Below are positions 1 through 13,313 of a stretch of DNA of 64,000 bases, piece after piece. Under the pieces are notes generated by a model. That model saw only the letters and a program-made list of their open reading frames with translations, ran no database searches and was not told where the DNA came from. The stretch covers positions 124,001-188,000 of the forward strand of contig JADIIX010000027.1 of NCBI GenBank assembly GCA_027604505.1, read 5' to 3'. Both the position numbers and the translations under genes were made by a program. The stretch comes from Gonapodya sp. JEL0774 (taxonomy: Eukaryota). Position 1 is the first letter of the stretch. The number at the start of each line of letters is the position of its first letter.

Positions 1-546
1 AGCAGGGTGGTCACATCGTCATCTCAATTAAGGTGAGGAGCGTTCCCCATAATCGATTGGCGCTCGAATCTGACCCCCATTGACCGCGTAATCGGAACAT
101 ACACTTATAGGCTAACTGCATTGATTCGACCGTAGACGCCGCCACTGTGTTTGCACGTGAAGTTAAGAAGCTACAAGAGGAAAAGATCAAACCTCGTGAG
201 CAGCTGACTCTGGAACCTTATGAGCGGGATCACGCCATTGTGGTTGGAGAGTACAGGTCTCAGAAGAAGAAGGACAAATGAATGATTGGAAGGTAACGGG
301 CATTACATGGCGGTATACGTGCACTTTGCTAGTCTTTTGGAATTTGGAGCCTTCGGGCGTTTGTATCAATTGCAATCATTTTAGAAAATGATCCATTTGT
401 CCGTGACCCTCGAGGATACCGAGTATGACAAAGGAACAACTGCCACCTTGGCTGCAGTGCCTGATCGATTGGCGGCCTCACCTGCACAAATCCACAATCC
501 CACTGCCACTGCTGGATGCTCAGCAGCCTCAGATTGTCTTATTGAT

Positions 547-3108
547 ATGGGTAACCTTCTTGGGAAGGAAGAGGAAATCGATTACGAAGGAGAAGGTAAG
601 ACTTCAGTCCCATGGTGGAATCTGGGACGGGACTGCCCCTGGGGTTGGGAACTTCCGATCATCCATGAAATCAAGCGAATTATTGAATGCGCCTCGCATC
701 TGAAAGCGATAATAAGACAGTGATTGGTGCTTGCATGGTCTGGGACTCACCCCACAAGTTTTCCCTTTGTGGTCTTGCTGATATCCCCTCTTCACCAAAA
801 CTTCTCGACCATCAAATGTTTCACGTCATTTGGGATTCGACGCATTACTACCTGTCTAGTCGATTTAAACTGGTTCAATCTGCTGCGATGTGTCGGGAAG
901 GGTGCGTTTGGGAAGGTGAGCAACGAACTCGGATGTTCACACACTGGAAGAGGTGGCGCCGTGCGAACTCGCTGAAAAGGTTCTGGTTCAGCGAATTTCA
1001 CGCTGATGTATGAACAGCTTCTTCGGCGTGCCAACCTTCGGGTCTTCCTATTCGTGGGGAAGGCTGCAAAAGTTGACTGAACTTGATGTTCGTTGTTGGC
1101 ACCGAAATATCTCAACCAGGTCCGAATCGTGGAACGTCGAGACACAAAGCAAATCTACGCGCTCAAGTACATCAACAAATATCAATGCATCAAAATGAAA
1201 GCAGTTCATAACATTCTGCGAGAGCGGGCGCTTCTCGAAGAACTCCAACATCCGTTCCTCGTCAACCTTCGCTACGCATTCCAGGACGATGAAAATATGT
1301 TCATGGTGATCGATCTCATGATGGGAGGAGACTTGCGTTTCCACCTTGATCGGACTGGGGGTTTTACAGAGGCGCAGCTTCGCTTTTACGCTGCCGAAAT
1401 CAGTCTTGTGCTTGCTTACATGCACAAACGGAGAATTGTGCACAGGGACCTGAAGCCAGACAATCGTAAGTCTGTTCGCGTGAGGGTGAACCTTGGGTGG
1501 TGTTGTCATCCGTGGTTTTCCCGAAGTCTTATTGGATGAGCGTGGACATTGCCACATAACGGACTTCAACATAGCTGCTCAATTTGATGAGAGCAAGTTG
1601 CTTAAATCACATAGTGGTACCCTGGCTTATATGGGTAAGTGGGCGTACCTGTCTCTCACTTTTTCATTGCTCTCATACCAACATATCGCTGAACTTGTCA
1701 AGCCCCAGAAGTGTTTGAGTCAAACGGCTATACCTACACAGTAGATTGGTGGAGCTTAGGCGCCTCTTTATATGAATGCTTATACGGACGGGTATGTTTA
1801 GTCCGACCGTATTTGGGCGAAAGCAGCTTATCCCCATGTTCTTCAATGTTAGCGACCATTCCATGGAGTTACCAACGAAGAGCTGACGAACAACATCCGT
1901 ACCAAAACCCTAGAGTTCCCCACCCACAACTTGGTAACGAAAAAATCCCTGAACGTGTCCAAGGACTGCATATCGTTTGTGCAAGGCCTGTTAGAACGCG
2001 ATATTCGAAAGCGAATGGGCTGCACTACCGGTAGAGGAAACCTAGATGACGTCACAACACACCCATGGTTTTCTGGAATCGATTTTGATCGACTGGGAAA
2101 GAAAGAGTACACTGCACCATTTATACCGGACGTTAGCATCGATGGTGAAAAGTCCTTCATTTGGGAGTTCGCACCGCTGATGCTCGTCATTACCTTCAGG
2201 CCAACCACTCGAACTTCGACGCCATGCATGATCTCGAGGAATTGTTACTCGAAGAAAACCCTCTGACACATCGACCTCGAAAAAAGAAGCCGGAGCAAAA
2301 ACCGGGGGAGAATGGGACCAACTCCACTAGTCCTGCTTCACCTACCACTCCGGATGGATCCCCCACTGACGAAAGCACAAACCAGGAAACCGTTGAAAAG
2401 AAAAAGAAGTCTAGAACAGAACAAGAGTTGGAGTTCATTGATACCAACTTCGCGGTCTTCGATTATCACAAGTCTGAGCGCTATAAAGGTAAGCGATTCA
2501 ACGGCAGACCACCGATTCAATGCTTATGAGCCACTAAATAATTGCTTGCAGATGAGGTGGCTGCTGAGCAGCTAGCAGCTGCAGCCAAAGTGAATCAGTC
2601 GCATGAAGGTTCTCGGCGGGCGTCCAAAGGTTCCAAGAGTTCGAAAAGTTCTCCAGCCTCTGTTGTTGCACCCGCCACATTGGCGGCACTTCCTTTACCT
2701 CCTTTGCCGTCCGACCTGTACGAGGGACCACCCGGAAGTACGCCCACCGGACCGCAGGTTCCAGCCAACGTGAGCGTGGGCGTAGGATTCAGGAGACTCG
2801 GGAGGGACTCTGAATTCCACGCAGTCGAATCCGAAATTTCTCAGCCTGTGCGTTCCGTTTCCCTCTCTGATCGAGGCCAAAAGTTGCGGAAAGAATCTGA
2901 AAAGCCTAGAGCGAAGAGCGCGGCGGCGGTGCATCCGCAGATTGCCTGCGGGGCCGGTCAACCTTCGAGTTCTGAGAATCGGAAGAAGAGCATATTTGGC
3001 GGCGTCCGTCTGTTCAAGAAGAGCAACAAAGATAGGGCCAAAGAGAGTGACCCTACTACAGTTGTTTCATCAAGACCCGTTATGGGCACATTATCTCCGG
3101 ACATGTAG
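547..3108 (+). CDS. STK32: YANK/STK32-family Ser/Thr protein kinase (multi-exon)
   Basis: Spliced reading: MGNLLGKEEEIDYEGE|VDLNWFNLLRCVGKGAFGK|VRIV..YALKYINK..HRDLKPDN|..TDFNIA..GTLAYM|APEV..VDWWSLG. The DFN variant and the C-tail NFDAMHDLEELLLEENPL are typical of YANK kinases. The N-terminal MG is a possible myristoylation site. Confidence 0.9.
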
Positions 3109-3453
3109 TCTGCGAATGGTTTTGGAGGGTTCTGATAGTCGTTGTACAGGAGCCTTTAATTTAATGTGGCATCCAGATTACGCCTTGTTGAAATTGAAAT
3201 GAATGCTGACACTCCATGATCAAGGGATGTAACCTCAATAATGTCGCTGATTATGTGTATCCGATTGCGGGGCCAGACCAACAGTGAGAAGCGAATTAAT
3301 CCGAACCCCATAAGGCATTGCAAACATTATCTCCCGAGTGCAACAGGGGCATTCAATCATATTGCTAGGTAGGGCCCTACAGCGATATCTGGCAAGCTCG
3401 ATTTCAAACTGCGGCTTAGAATGCCGCATGAGTAGTTAAGCGTCCATAAGCGT

Positions 3454-4159
3454 CTAAATGTCCGCGACCTTCATTCCTGCCGTCCGCTTCGCTTTCTGGA
3501 ACAACTCCTTGTTGTCATCATCCACGAACACAAGGCCGGGTGTCACGTATCGTTTAGTGTGATACACTGGCTCCGCAGAACCTTCGGCAAACTTCCCATC
3601 CTTGGTAAGACCAGGCACTGGGTCATGGAGCGACCCTGGAACAAAGCCTTCCACTCCTTGCATCACTTCTGCCTCACGGGTGGCGAGTGCATCAAGTCGG
3701 CGAACAGTATCGCGGTCGGTCTCTGCCTGCAGAAGAGGGACCAGGTGAACTCTCGACCACGTTTTCTCGCGACGGAGCTCCCTGCGACGCGAGGGCGCCG
3801 CAGCGAGGCCAATGAAGTAGATTATAGCACATTGTGCGAGGTTAAATGGGGAGAGAAATGGTCATCAACGTGCAAATGGGAAATCGATGGCGAGCGACGA
3901 GGAATTGCCGTCACGATCCGGATCGACGGTCAACCGTCAGCTGCAATCTTGACACTACTTTCTCCAAAACATGCGCGTGAGCAACGCACCTCCTCTCGGC
4001 ATTAAGCTCTCCTACTTTTGAGAATCCCCAAGCACTGACAAGGGCTCCAGTGACGAACAGGAAAGCTCCAGACGGACCCTTCTTGGGCAGATGACGCGCA
4101 AAGCGGACGGGCGCAAAGCCGCCAGGTGGCGGAAGATCCTGGCGGGGTGGTGCGGCCAT
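3454..4159 (-). CDS. NDUFA13: NADH:ubiquinone oxidoreductase subunit A13 (GRIM-19/B16.6)
   Basis: MAAPPRQDLPPPGGFAPVRFARHLPKKGPSG + TM helix, one intron, then a second exon containing VHLVPLLQAETDRD and PVYHTKRY. These are conserved GRIM-19 motifs. Confidence 0.92.
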
Positions 4160-4268
4160 TGGAACAAATGTGGTGAGAGACTCTACAAAATGACTGATGC
4201 ACAAATAATGTGTTGGGGTTGTTTTTAAAAAGTGTCCCATTTCGACTTATAACCAAATATTTTGCCTC

Positions 4269-4770
4269 ATGTCCTCAAAGGACTCAACGCTTCTTGCCGT
4301 GAATGGCACTTTGATGCGGGGACTCGAGCTGAACCCGAATCTCACGTCGATCGGCTCCCAATTTGTACGGGAAACCACAACTGAGCCCACATATCGCCTT
4401 TGGTCTATAGAAGATGTACATCCTGCTATGCAGCGGGTGCAATCGGGTGGTACCTCCGTTGTTGTAGAGGTTTGGGACGTTCCAAACGTAGGCTTGGCCT
4501 CTCTATTGCTCAAAGAGCCGCCTGGTAGGTGATAAGCTGATCGCCAATGTTGTATGATCAATTCATAGACTCTAACGATATGTATGCACGCTTTTTTTGT
4601 CACGACTGTGCTGGTCTTGTCATCAAGGGCTCACGATTGGCAAGGTGAAGCTCTGTGATGGCGAAGAAGTTCTGGGCGTTCTGGGCGAGGCTATTCTTTG
4701 TGAGCAAAAGGGAACAGAGATAACCAAATTTCGTGGCTGGAAAGCTTATATCGCATCTCGGGTTGCCTGA
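4269..4770 (+). CDS. Stand-alone allophanate hydrolase C-terminal / gamma-glutamylcyclotransferase-like protein (2 exons)
   Basis: LLAVNGTLMRGLELNPNL..YRLWSI..HPAM..VEVWDVP..LLLKEPPG|LTIGKVKLCDGEEVLGVLGE..EITKFRGWKAYIA*. This matches the motif pattern of the AtzF/Dur1,2 amidase C-terminal (GGCT-fold) domain. Confidence 0.8.
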
Positions 4771-5002
4771 GCTAGTGTCAGTTTCACGAATGAACTCACT
4801 CAGACTTCAACATTTTCCTCAAGAAAGGTGTTCTCAAGAGAAACGCAGTATATATGATATGTCAATATCTTCAATTATGATTTTCGCGATGTATGAACAA
4901 TTCGGGACTTCTCCACATCTTTATCGGTGGAGTCTGAAGAATCTCCGAAGCAGGGACGAGAGGGGACCTATTGTCCTGATCGTCTGCTAACACTTGATCG
5001 CA

Positions 5003-7120
5003 ATGATTCCAACGCTCTATTCCCCAATCAAACGGCTATTCTTGGTGGCTTTCGCTGTTGTAGCGGCGTTCAGTGCTGCTGGATGCATTTATGGGTGAGA
5101 AAGTTTCTCCGATCACCTTTCAAGGATTTCGCGGCCAGATGTCTCACCACAGACATTTTCCTTTCTGTGGGCCTCAATCGTGATGGTTTGTCATGATAAT
5201 TTATACTTTGCCTCTGGTTTCTGTCCATCGCAGATTCGCGGGACTGAAAGAAGTGTTGCTTGCGGAAGGGGTTTACTCTGAGCTGTGTGGGGAAACCGAT
5301 CCGAAACCCTGCACTCCACAATGTAGGCTTCCGTTTTCTTGAATGTTTCTACCAAGCTTACCTCAGGCTTCAGTACTTAGGTTGGCACTGATGTTCAGTG
5401 CCTCGGCACTAGCATCTGCTTGCTTCCAGGTGAGGCCGGGCATACGAAATTTAAGTTCTCTGTCGTGAAACTGACGTACTTGTGGGGATTCGTCGTCATA
5501 GTTTCCGTCCGGCATCATTCTTGATGCAATCGGACCTCGGCGAGCGTTCACTCTCGCAGCCATATTATTTAGCGGTGGCACTTTGCTCATGTCGTCGTCG
5601 AGTCTTGGTGAGAAATGCTTCTCTTCACTCTTTGAAGACATAATCACTGCACAATTCGCTCGCAGACTTTGACGGCTTCACACCGGGCTTTGTTCTCCTT
5701 GGAATTTCCGGACTTCTGATGTACATGTCAATTATTCATATCTCTGTGTCGTTCCCTTCTCGCGCTGGTCTGCTCTTGGCAATGATTTCTGGGGCATTCG
5801 ACGCGAGTGGTATTGTATTCCCCGCGTACGAATGGGTCTATGAGGCTTTTGGCTGGAAGCCAACTGACTTTTTCCGCACCTACACAAGCGTTCCACTCTT
5901 GTTACTCATTGGTAAGTAGAAAAAATGTTTTGCAACAGAGGTACGATTCCAACAATTCTCTTGCGTCGACAAGCCGGCATCCTGCTTCAACCATCAGAGT
6001 CATTTGAGTGGGCAAGCGATGATCCTTTACCGATCGAGTCAACTGGCTCTGTAGCTGTGGAAGACGAGTTCACTCAATCACTCCACAAAGTCCACTCGGA
6101 CGATACGATCACCCCGCAGCTGTACGCATCTTCTTCTTCTGAAAGGACGCCTCTTTTGGATGAGGAGTCTCAAGTGCAACCACCAGGACATGGGAGCGGC
6201 CCCAGTCGTCTTTCGCAACGAGAGATGTTTGTCCAGTCCATGACAGTCATGGAGCAACTCAGAACACCCGAGTTTGTTCTTAACGCCACATGGATCTTTC
6301 TCACGACTGTAAGGATCAATTTTTACATTGCGACTCTTGGCGAGCAACTCGGAGAAAAGCAAGCTCCCGGAGAAGAAGCCATGAGGGACTCAATTGTTGC
6401 AGTTTTCAACATTGCCAACTCCATCGGAGCCGTTGCAATGATCGTGCCAATGGGGTAGTAAGTTGATCTGTTCGGTGCTGATGATGACTCGGCCTCAGTG
6501 ATCACGTTCATTAGTTTGATTGATACATACCCACTGTACTTGAACTTTCTCGTTCAATACTTTGCTTTTGCATTTCCGTTCGCTATCCTAGGGTGAGTTC
6601 TCGGAGTTATTAGAGAACATCCCGAGATATTCCTTTGAGCTCTTTACAGGTTGCTTCCGAGTCTAAAAGCTCAGTTCGCTACCGCAATTCTTGGTGGCCT
6701 GATACGACCATTCAGTGAGTTGCTTCGAAGTTTCCGCACGAATCAAATTACAAGAATCCCCAATATGTTTGATTGTTTCCCAGTGTATACCACGACCATT
6801 CAATTTGCATCTCAGACTTTCGGTTTCAAGACCTTTGGTCGTGTGTTCGGCCTCCAGATGTTTATCGCGTCTCTCTGTAACCTTCTGCAGGTGGGATGAA
6901 GCTATGTAATACTCAATTTCTTTCATCCTAATCACTACGTTCATCCAACGCACAGTATTTTCTCTCTTGGGTGGCGCTCGATGTCATGGGCGGCCATTTC
7001 TTTTGGGTGAATGTTTTTCTGTCTGTGCTGCAGGTGATGGTTCTCGCGCTTCCCATTTACTTATACGAGGTGGGGAAGCAAGAACACGATCAGCAAATCA
7101 CGAATGGAAAGATGACTTGA
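5003..7120 (+). CDS. MFS transporter, FMP42/SLC43 (LAT3/4)-like
   Basis: Multi-exon hydrophobic protein: FSAAGCIYG|FAGLKEVLLAEGVYSELC, ISGAFDASGIVF, QLRTPEF..RINFYIATL, QTFGFKTFGRVFG. Ends QITNGKMT*. Confidence 0.8.
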
Positions 7121-7344
7121 ACTGTACTGTGTGTTATCAAAGAGGTAGAACTATTCAATCCAGAGTATTTTTGATTGTGTCCCGACAAAACGAAGACGTG
7201 GAAGAATCAGGTCACGTGACATGCCCTGATTTGAGAATCCGTCACCGTCTCTCTGCGAAACTCCTCCGATTCTCATAATCATCAACTGCTTACCCGTTTT
7301 CCGCTCTGGTTCGCATTTTACGAGGTTCTGTTTGACGCATAAAG

Positions 7345-9344
7345 ATGCTTTCCGATCAGAAGGCCAATCGAGTATCCCAGCAGAGCGGGAGGGATGGGAC
7401 ATTGTCCAACACTGTTCAGAAAAGTCGAACGACGTTCATCAAGAAGGGTACCAGCGAGATTAAAGGGTTATCCAAGTTGGCCCAACCTCCGAGGCAGAAT
7501 CTTCAGCCTAGTCAAACACAAAAGGTCCAGTCACTTCAGGAACAAGGACGAGGGCTTAAACGTTTTCGGGGTGACGGAACAGCTGATCTGGACTCGGATT
7601 CAGATCTATCGGCTCCGGACAACTCAAGAGGCTTGATTGGGGCACACAGCGGAAAGAACAAGGTTGCCCGGATGGACTCAGGCCCTCATCAGCGATACCA
7701 AAACGGTACTCAGAGAAATGCCACATTCCAGTCGCAGACAGTGAGCCAACAACCGACGAGTTCTAAACAGCAAGTGTCCGGGGTCAACCACAACACTAGG
7801 GTCTCTCAAGCGCCCCGCGCGGCTTTTCAGCAACCCTCAACGAGATATACACAAGATGAGGATGAATTTATGGAGGAGACAGAGTGTGAGGTGCGTTTTT
7901 GAGAATGGAACTAGTATCACTCAGGGCATGTGACAAGGAGTCAAACTGCTTCTAATGACAACTGAGGAGTCAAGAAAGTTGGCTTCAAAATACTGCCTCT
8001 TTGTGTCGATGTCATTTGGATCTGAAATGACGGTTAATGAACCGAGATCTCACATCAATTGGACTGAAGTTCTGTCGTTTTGTAAGATGGATAAGCTTCA
8101 CCCTTTTCGCCTCATTCACCGGCTCTTGTTTCCAGGAAAGCGACTTCCAGGAGACCAACTATTCTTTGACAGAGAACCCGATGAGCAGCTATCGCAAGCA
8201 CTCTGATCTCAGCAGAGACATCGACGGGGACGCAAGCTACCACCCAGATACTGGTGAAGAGGCAAGCTACCACCCTGATACTGGTGAAGACACCGACGCC
8301 CAAGACGAAGATGAAATGTTAGAGGGTGATCTCGAGGAAGAAGATGACCATGATCTCGAGGATGCACAAGACGAGAACGAGCAGCACGAGGTTCCCGCAC
8401 CACAATACTCCGTTGACCAACACCAAGGCGCCAATCTGGCATCGGCGATGATGTATTCCGGTGAAATTGATGAAGCTATAGACTCAGACACTGGTATTAA
8501 CGACTTCGGAAACTACAACAACCCAACCCAGTCGCAGCACGTTCAATCTTTCCCATACAACTTGGATCAAAAGCTCGGATCCACCACAATTATTGGTGAT
8601 GACGTTAGCCGAGGTGGTGAGACTGACACGGAGTCAGAAGTGCCATCAGCAGTCTCTGCAACAGGAGGCGAAACCGAGGAAGTACATAACCATCCCCGTC
8701 CACAGTCAGCCATTGCGTCCCGTGAGGTTGATATTGAAGGTGAAGGAGGAAGCGAAGAAGTGGAGGAAGAATACACACAGGAACAAGCGGCATACATGTT
8801 TGAAGGTGTCGTGGTTGCGGGCCACACGCAAGGGTCTGCGGATAGACAAATGGATGCGGGCTCATTGTTTGACGCTGGACGCCCACTATTTCCCCCTGAG
8901 GACAGAGTGATGATTCCGAAATCATCAGAGGAAGCGGAGACAATGATTGAGTGTGAGTAGGATCTTCCATGGCGGGTACTGTTTGTCTTTCTCCTTGTAC
9001 AATTAAACCTGCAAACGCGGATACCTCAGCGTTTAAGGTCTCTCTGTCGACTTCGCTGGCACGTTCACTTTCATCGATTCGGTAAGAGAACTGGAGGCTC
9101 ACGTTCCACTCTGATCTCCACTAAGATCAACGTGCAAATCTCAGGAATCTCCCACAAACTTCATTCGCATGTCAGAGGCATCTTTCCGTTCGGCAGGATG
9201 TACTGCGTTCCCGCGAAGACGCTGCTTTACGGTACGAATCTGAATTAAAGCAAGGAAAATTGCTTTTTGAGCCGGGCAAGAGATCTGGAGGAGCCAAAGG
9301 TCCTCAAGGGGGCGAGATTTTGCAACTCAAAGATGATTCTTTGA
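7345..9344 (+). CDS. Uncharacterised protein, long Q/S-rich and acidic disordered region with short helical C-terminus
   Basis: ORFs 7345-7902 and 8037-8960 end at GT donors. Two further exons give AFKVSLSTSLARSLSSIR|NLPQTSFACQRHLSVRQDVLRSREDAALRYESELKQG..DDSL*. Internal exon boundaries are approximate. Confidence 0.6.
8232..8291 (+). repeat. 30-bp in-frame tandem duplication (ASYHPDTGEE/ASYHPDTGED)
   Basis: gcaagctaccacccagatactggtgaaga is followed directly by gcaagctaccaccctgatactggtgaaga. Confidence 0.9.
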
Positions 9345-9746
9345 GAGAGCAATCGAGGAGTTGAAGGGAGTAGGAGGGAGAAAGAACATTTTCGAGTGTG
9401 ATGGTTCGTTCGATTAGCTTGGCAGACAAAGAGGGGGGTAGTTGTTCGGAACTTGTGGAATTTCAGCAGTTGATTCAGCTCTCGTACCCAAATCATGATG
9501 GGTTTATGATTGTTAGGTGCACATGTTGAACTGTTGGCATTATTTCAGTCTACGTGCCGGGAAAGTCTTAAAACCGGCGAGAACATACGACGACCACCTG
9601 CCATCCAACTTTCACCCGTTATCGCGCCAAACCTCGATAAACACACACTCACCAAGGGCTGACGATCTGAACAAACGAAATTCGTCGTGCCACTCGGATC
9701 GTACTTGAGACCTCAGCAGCGTTGAACAGTGCGAGTGATACAAGGA

Positions 9747-12700
9747 ATGACCATCTTCGCTTTCGTAGTCGACAACTCTCCAGGGATGTCAGCCCACTTC
9801 GATCGAGGTTTGACACTCCTGGAAGCAGCGAAAAGTGCTATTGAGACATTTATACGGGCAAGTCTACTGCGAAGAGTCACGATTTGCTGGATTATGCATT
9901 TCAACCATGGTTTTCTGCATTCAGCTTGCTGAGAGTCATAGAAGCCTCACCCCCCTCGACAAGCTCATGCTCGTGTCTTACGATGAGGGCAATAATTTGA
10001 AGTCTTCGCTGCTGGATTCTAAGGAACATTTACTCTCAAAGATCAAAACTATGAAACCGACAGCCGCCTTTGCGGACGCAGACATGGCACTCTGGACTGT
10101 GTTTGACCACTTAAATCTGTACTGGGCCAAATATTTCACGAGCATGCGGTTCGTGAGTCTCTTTGTTGGGTGCGAGGGTAGCATCCCATATTCATTGGGA
10201 ACGCGGCTTTGAGCTCTTCGGCAATAGTACATCTTAATGGTCATGGATGGATGAGCTTACTTGAAATCTGGGAAAGCAAGCCTTGACCTTTGAACTTGGC
10301 TTCCAGGGACGATATACCACCTCAAGCGAGCAAACATTCATACTTTGGTTCACGAACTGTGGCCCTATGAACAGTCGTCGTGATGCGAACGTTCAAGTGG
10401 TGGGCATGGGATCGGCTTTGCATCGATTATTGAGCGGTTATTGACAGGAGTAACAGCTCAGCATCCCTCCCTTGTCTACCCCGGGCGCCACGGCTTTTCA
10501 CGAACCCTTTCGCTGGGATCAGCGTCTTTATACATTTTGTTTGATTGGCGAGGCTCTGAACGAGGAGCTCATTGGTGCACCTCGTCCAGAGCCCCTCCAC
10601 CCCTTGTATGAACAAGCTAAATTAATGGCGGAGGCAACAGGTGGTTCAAGGTACACTTTTAGATCCTGGGTTGAGTTGCTCCGCAACCTGGACAACTTCT
10701 CCGGAAGGAGTGACTTTTGGCCTGGACTTGAGGTGTCAATGAAGGAAGTTCTCAAAGTGGGAGTGACAGCGAAGTGGGAGGAGGTGGATGGTACGTGCAG
10801 TGGTTTCTGAGCTTAAAAGTTCCCGAAAATGGAATGGGTGCACTGTCCCGCACAGGCGAGGGCCGCATAGTCAGTCCATTGGCAATGTCGCTCATCCTAC
10901 GGGACCGGAATCGCACGACTTCTGACATTTACCCCATCCCGGAACCTTTTTGGGTTGGAGAGGGATTGAAAGAACCAGTGAGTAGTCATCTATACCATGT
11001 GTTACCTGCTTTGGATACTCGTTCAAACACGTCCATCGCTCAAGCCCACGGTTGCCACGCACCCAACCATATCCGTCTGCTCGGTACCACTGGATCCTTC
11101 TCAAGTACCTCCTGAGCATTTTCCTAGTGCCAAGCATGTTGTCGAAAGCAACACAGTCCTTGATCGAATTTTGCATGCCACTGATGGGACAGGAGGGGAG
11201 GAACGGAAGTTCCCGATTTACGTTCGGGGCTCCGGATTCAAGGGAGTTTCAAGTGGCTCGTCGAATCTCGGGTTAATGTTCGGATTCCTGAGTGTGAGAA
11301 AGGGGGATGCCAGAAAGAATCGTTTCATGATGGAGATATTACCCTACAACTTCCCCAAGTTCCAAGAGCTCGTTGGTGAGCGAATCCGTCGAAACGAAAA
11401 TAGAGTTGCTTGTTGGGATGGCCTCAAAACTTTATCACTCTGGGCTCTCTCTAGCTGCCTCACGCAGATTGCTCACAACAAGTTCGGATCGCACATCGAA
11501 GGAACGCGCTCTAGCCACCCGATTCCGTGATTACTTCAAAAGTATCCCAGCGTATTATTGGCTGGTGGGTTGCGCTTCGGAATGACACTTCTTCAACTGC
11601 ACCTTCTATTGTATAACTCATCACTGGTTTAGCGGCTCAAAGAGATCTTGCCAACACGAGCCAAAGTCCCTCTGTCCTTATTGCCGACTGATCTCACAGA
11701 TTCTGTACCGAAATTCAGCAGCATTATTCGTCTTAACGAGATCCAAGAGCAAGCAAATTCTGTTTTCAGTGCATTTCCAAAACGTCAGGACATATCGGAG
11801 GTAACTCGCTCCGTAAAATCACATGGTTATTTTCACCGCTCATCAATCAGAATATCAACCCAAGCCACCTAATCGCTTAGCCCCACTTCCATCCCCTCTC
11901 GACATTCGCCAGATTCCTCGTGATCAACTTCAATCCCAAATCAGTTCCTATTTCTCACTGCTCCGTCCTCATCTGGGCCTCCCAAGTCGCTTTCGTCGCC
12001 AGCTCGTCCCTTCTTCTCCGAACGCGGATCCACTCCGCGATTCCAATCAAACGTACACAGAAGTAAACAAGGACGAGGCATATGCGATTGCGCGGCTCAT
12101 GCGTGGGGATCCCCTGGTGCTCAGAAATGCGCGTATGTCGGTGGAAGAAGAGTTTCGGCTGGCTCGCGTTCACTTTGGGAGCCCATATCGGCGGAACCGT
12201 TCCGGTTCGGCCGAGGAGGGTATGCAGACCCTGAACCAGACGGAGGAGATGCCCGCAGTTGAGGGTCCAGGTCGTACCGAGCGGATGACAATCGGTCGTG
12301 CGCGAACCTTGAGCGGCCGCCCGATTGTCGCGAAGGGCAGGGCAGTGCTGGAGGCTCGGGCACCGTCGTTGGTGCATGTTTGGGGTGACGCTGCCGCGAG
12401 GTTTCTGGTCCTTCCTTCTGCCGAATGGAGATTGCGCGACTTAGTCTCAGGGGATATACAGAGAGAAATCAAGCAAACTAGGCTGGATGCGGAGAGACGG
12501 TTGGTTTCGGGAGTGAAACCAATGTCTTTGGCTAGCGCAACAATGGAACATAGCTCTGACGAGTGGAAGTTAGCAAAGGACATCGACGATGCACAGAAGC
12601 TTTTAGGCCACGACGTTGATAGGGCAGACACGCCGGCACCATGGGACGGCGAAGGTAGCCCAGTGGATAGAGAAGACGATGATGAAGAGGCAACGATTGT

Positions 12701-13169
12701 CAACAGAGACGATGATATGCAACTGGATTGGGTGAATATCGACTCCAGCAGATCTCAACCAAGAACTTCCGATCGCGAAAAGATAACAGAGCTGTCGAGC
12801 TCCGACAATTCGGACATGATTGGTGAACTTGTGGGGAGTGCATTTGATGGCGGCGGCTTGATTGAGGAATTACCACACGGGAGTGGTGAAGATCACGACC
12901 CCAAGACGCGTGGGTCGTCCCCTCTCTTGTTACCCCTTCCCATTCCTCTAGACTTTTTCTCGTTGCGGGAGCATCTCACACGTCTCATACGCGCCCCTCC
13001 GCGGCACTACCAGGCGGATTTGGTAATAATGTCATTGAAAGAGGGCTTACGAGAACTTTCACAAACCGAAAAACTGGCAGATTGGGAAAAAAATGCTCTT
13101 TTGAAGCACGTGAAGAGCTTGTCTGTCGGCATGAGGCGATACCTCGAATTGGAACATGAGTTGTTGTGA
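9747..13169 (+). CDS. INTS6: Integrator complex subunit 6 homologue (VWA + INTS6 C-terminal domain)
   Basis: MTIFAFVVDNSPGMSAHFDRGLTLLEAAKSAIETFIR resembles the INTS6 VWA start. Also present are the diagnostic PG...EPFRWDQRL, YPIPEPFW, LPYNFP, HFGSPYR and a C-terminal LIRAPPRHY helical domain. Confidence 0.85.
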
Positions 13170-13313
13170 TTGTGACACCATAACATATGCACATAATAAT
13201 ATATCATTGCACTCACATTTCACCCTTCCTCTAACTCTGGCGTTAGTTCGCGACCATACACTGCCACGAATCCGGAATCGTCCGAGTTGGGGAATCCAGT
13301 CCAGGATCCGGAG

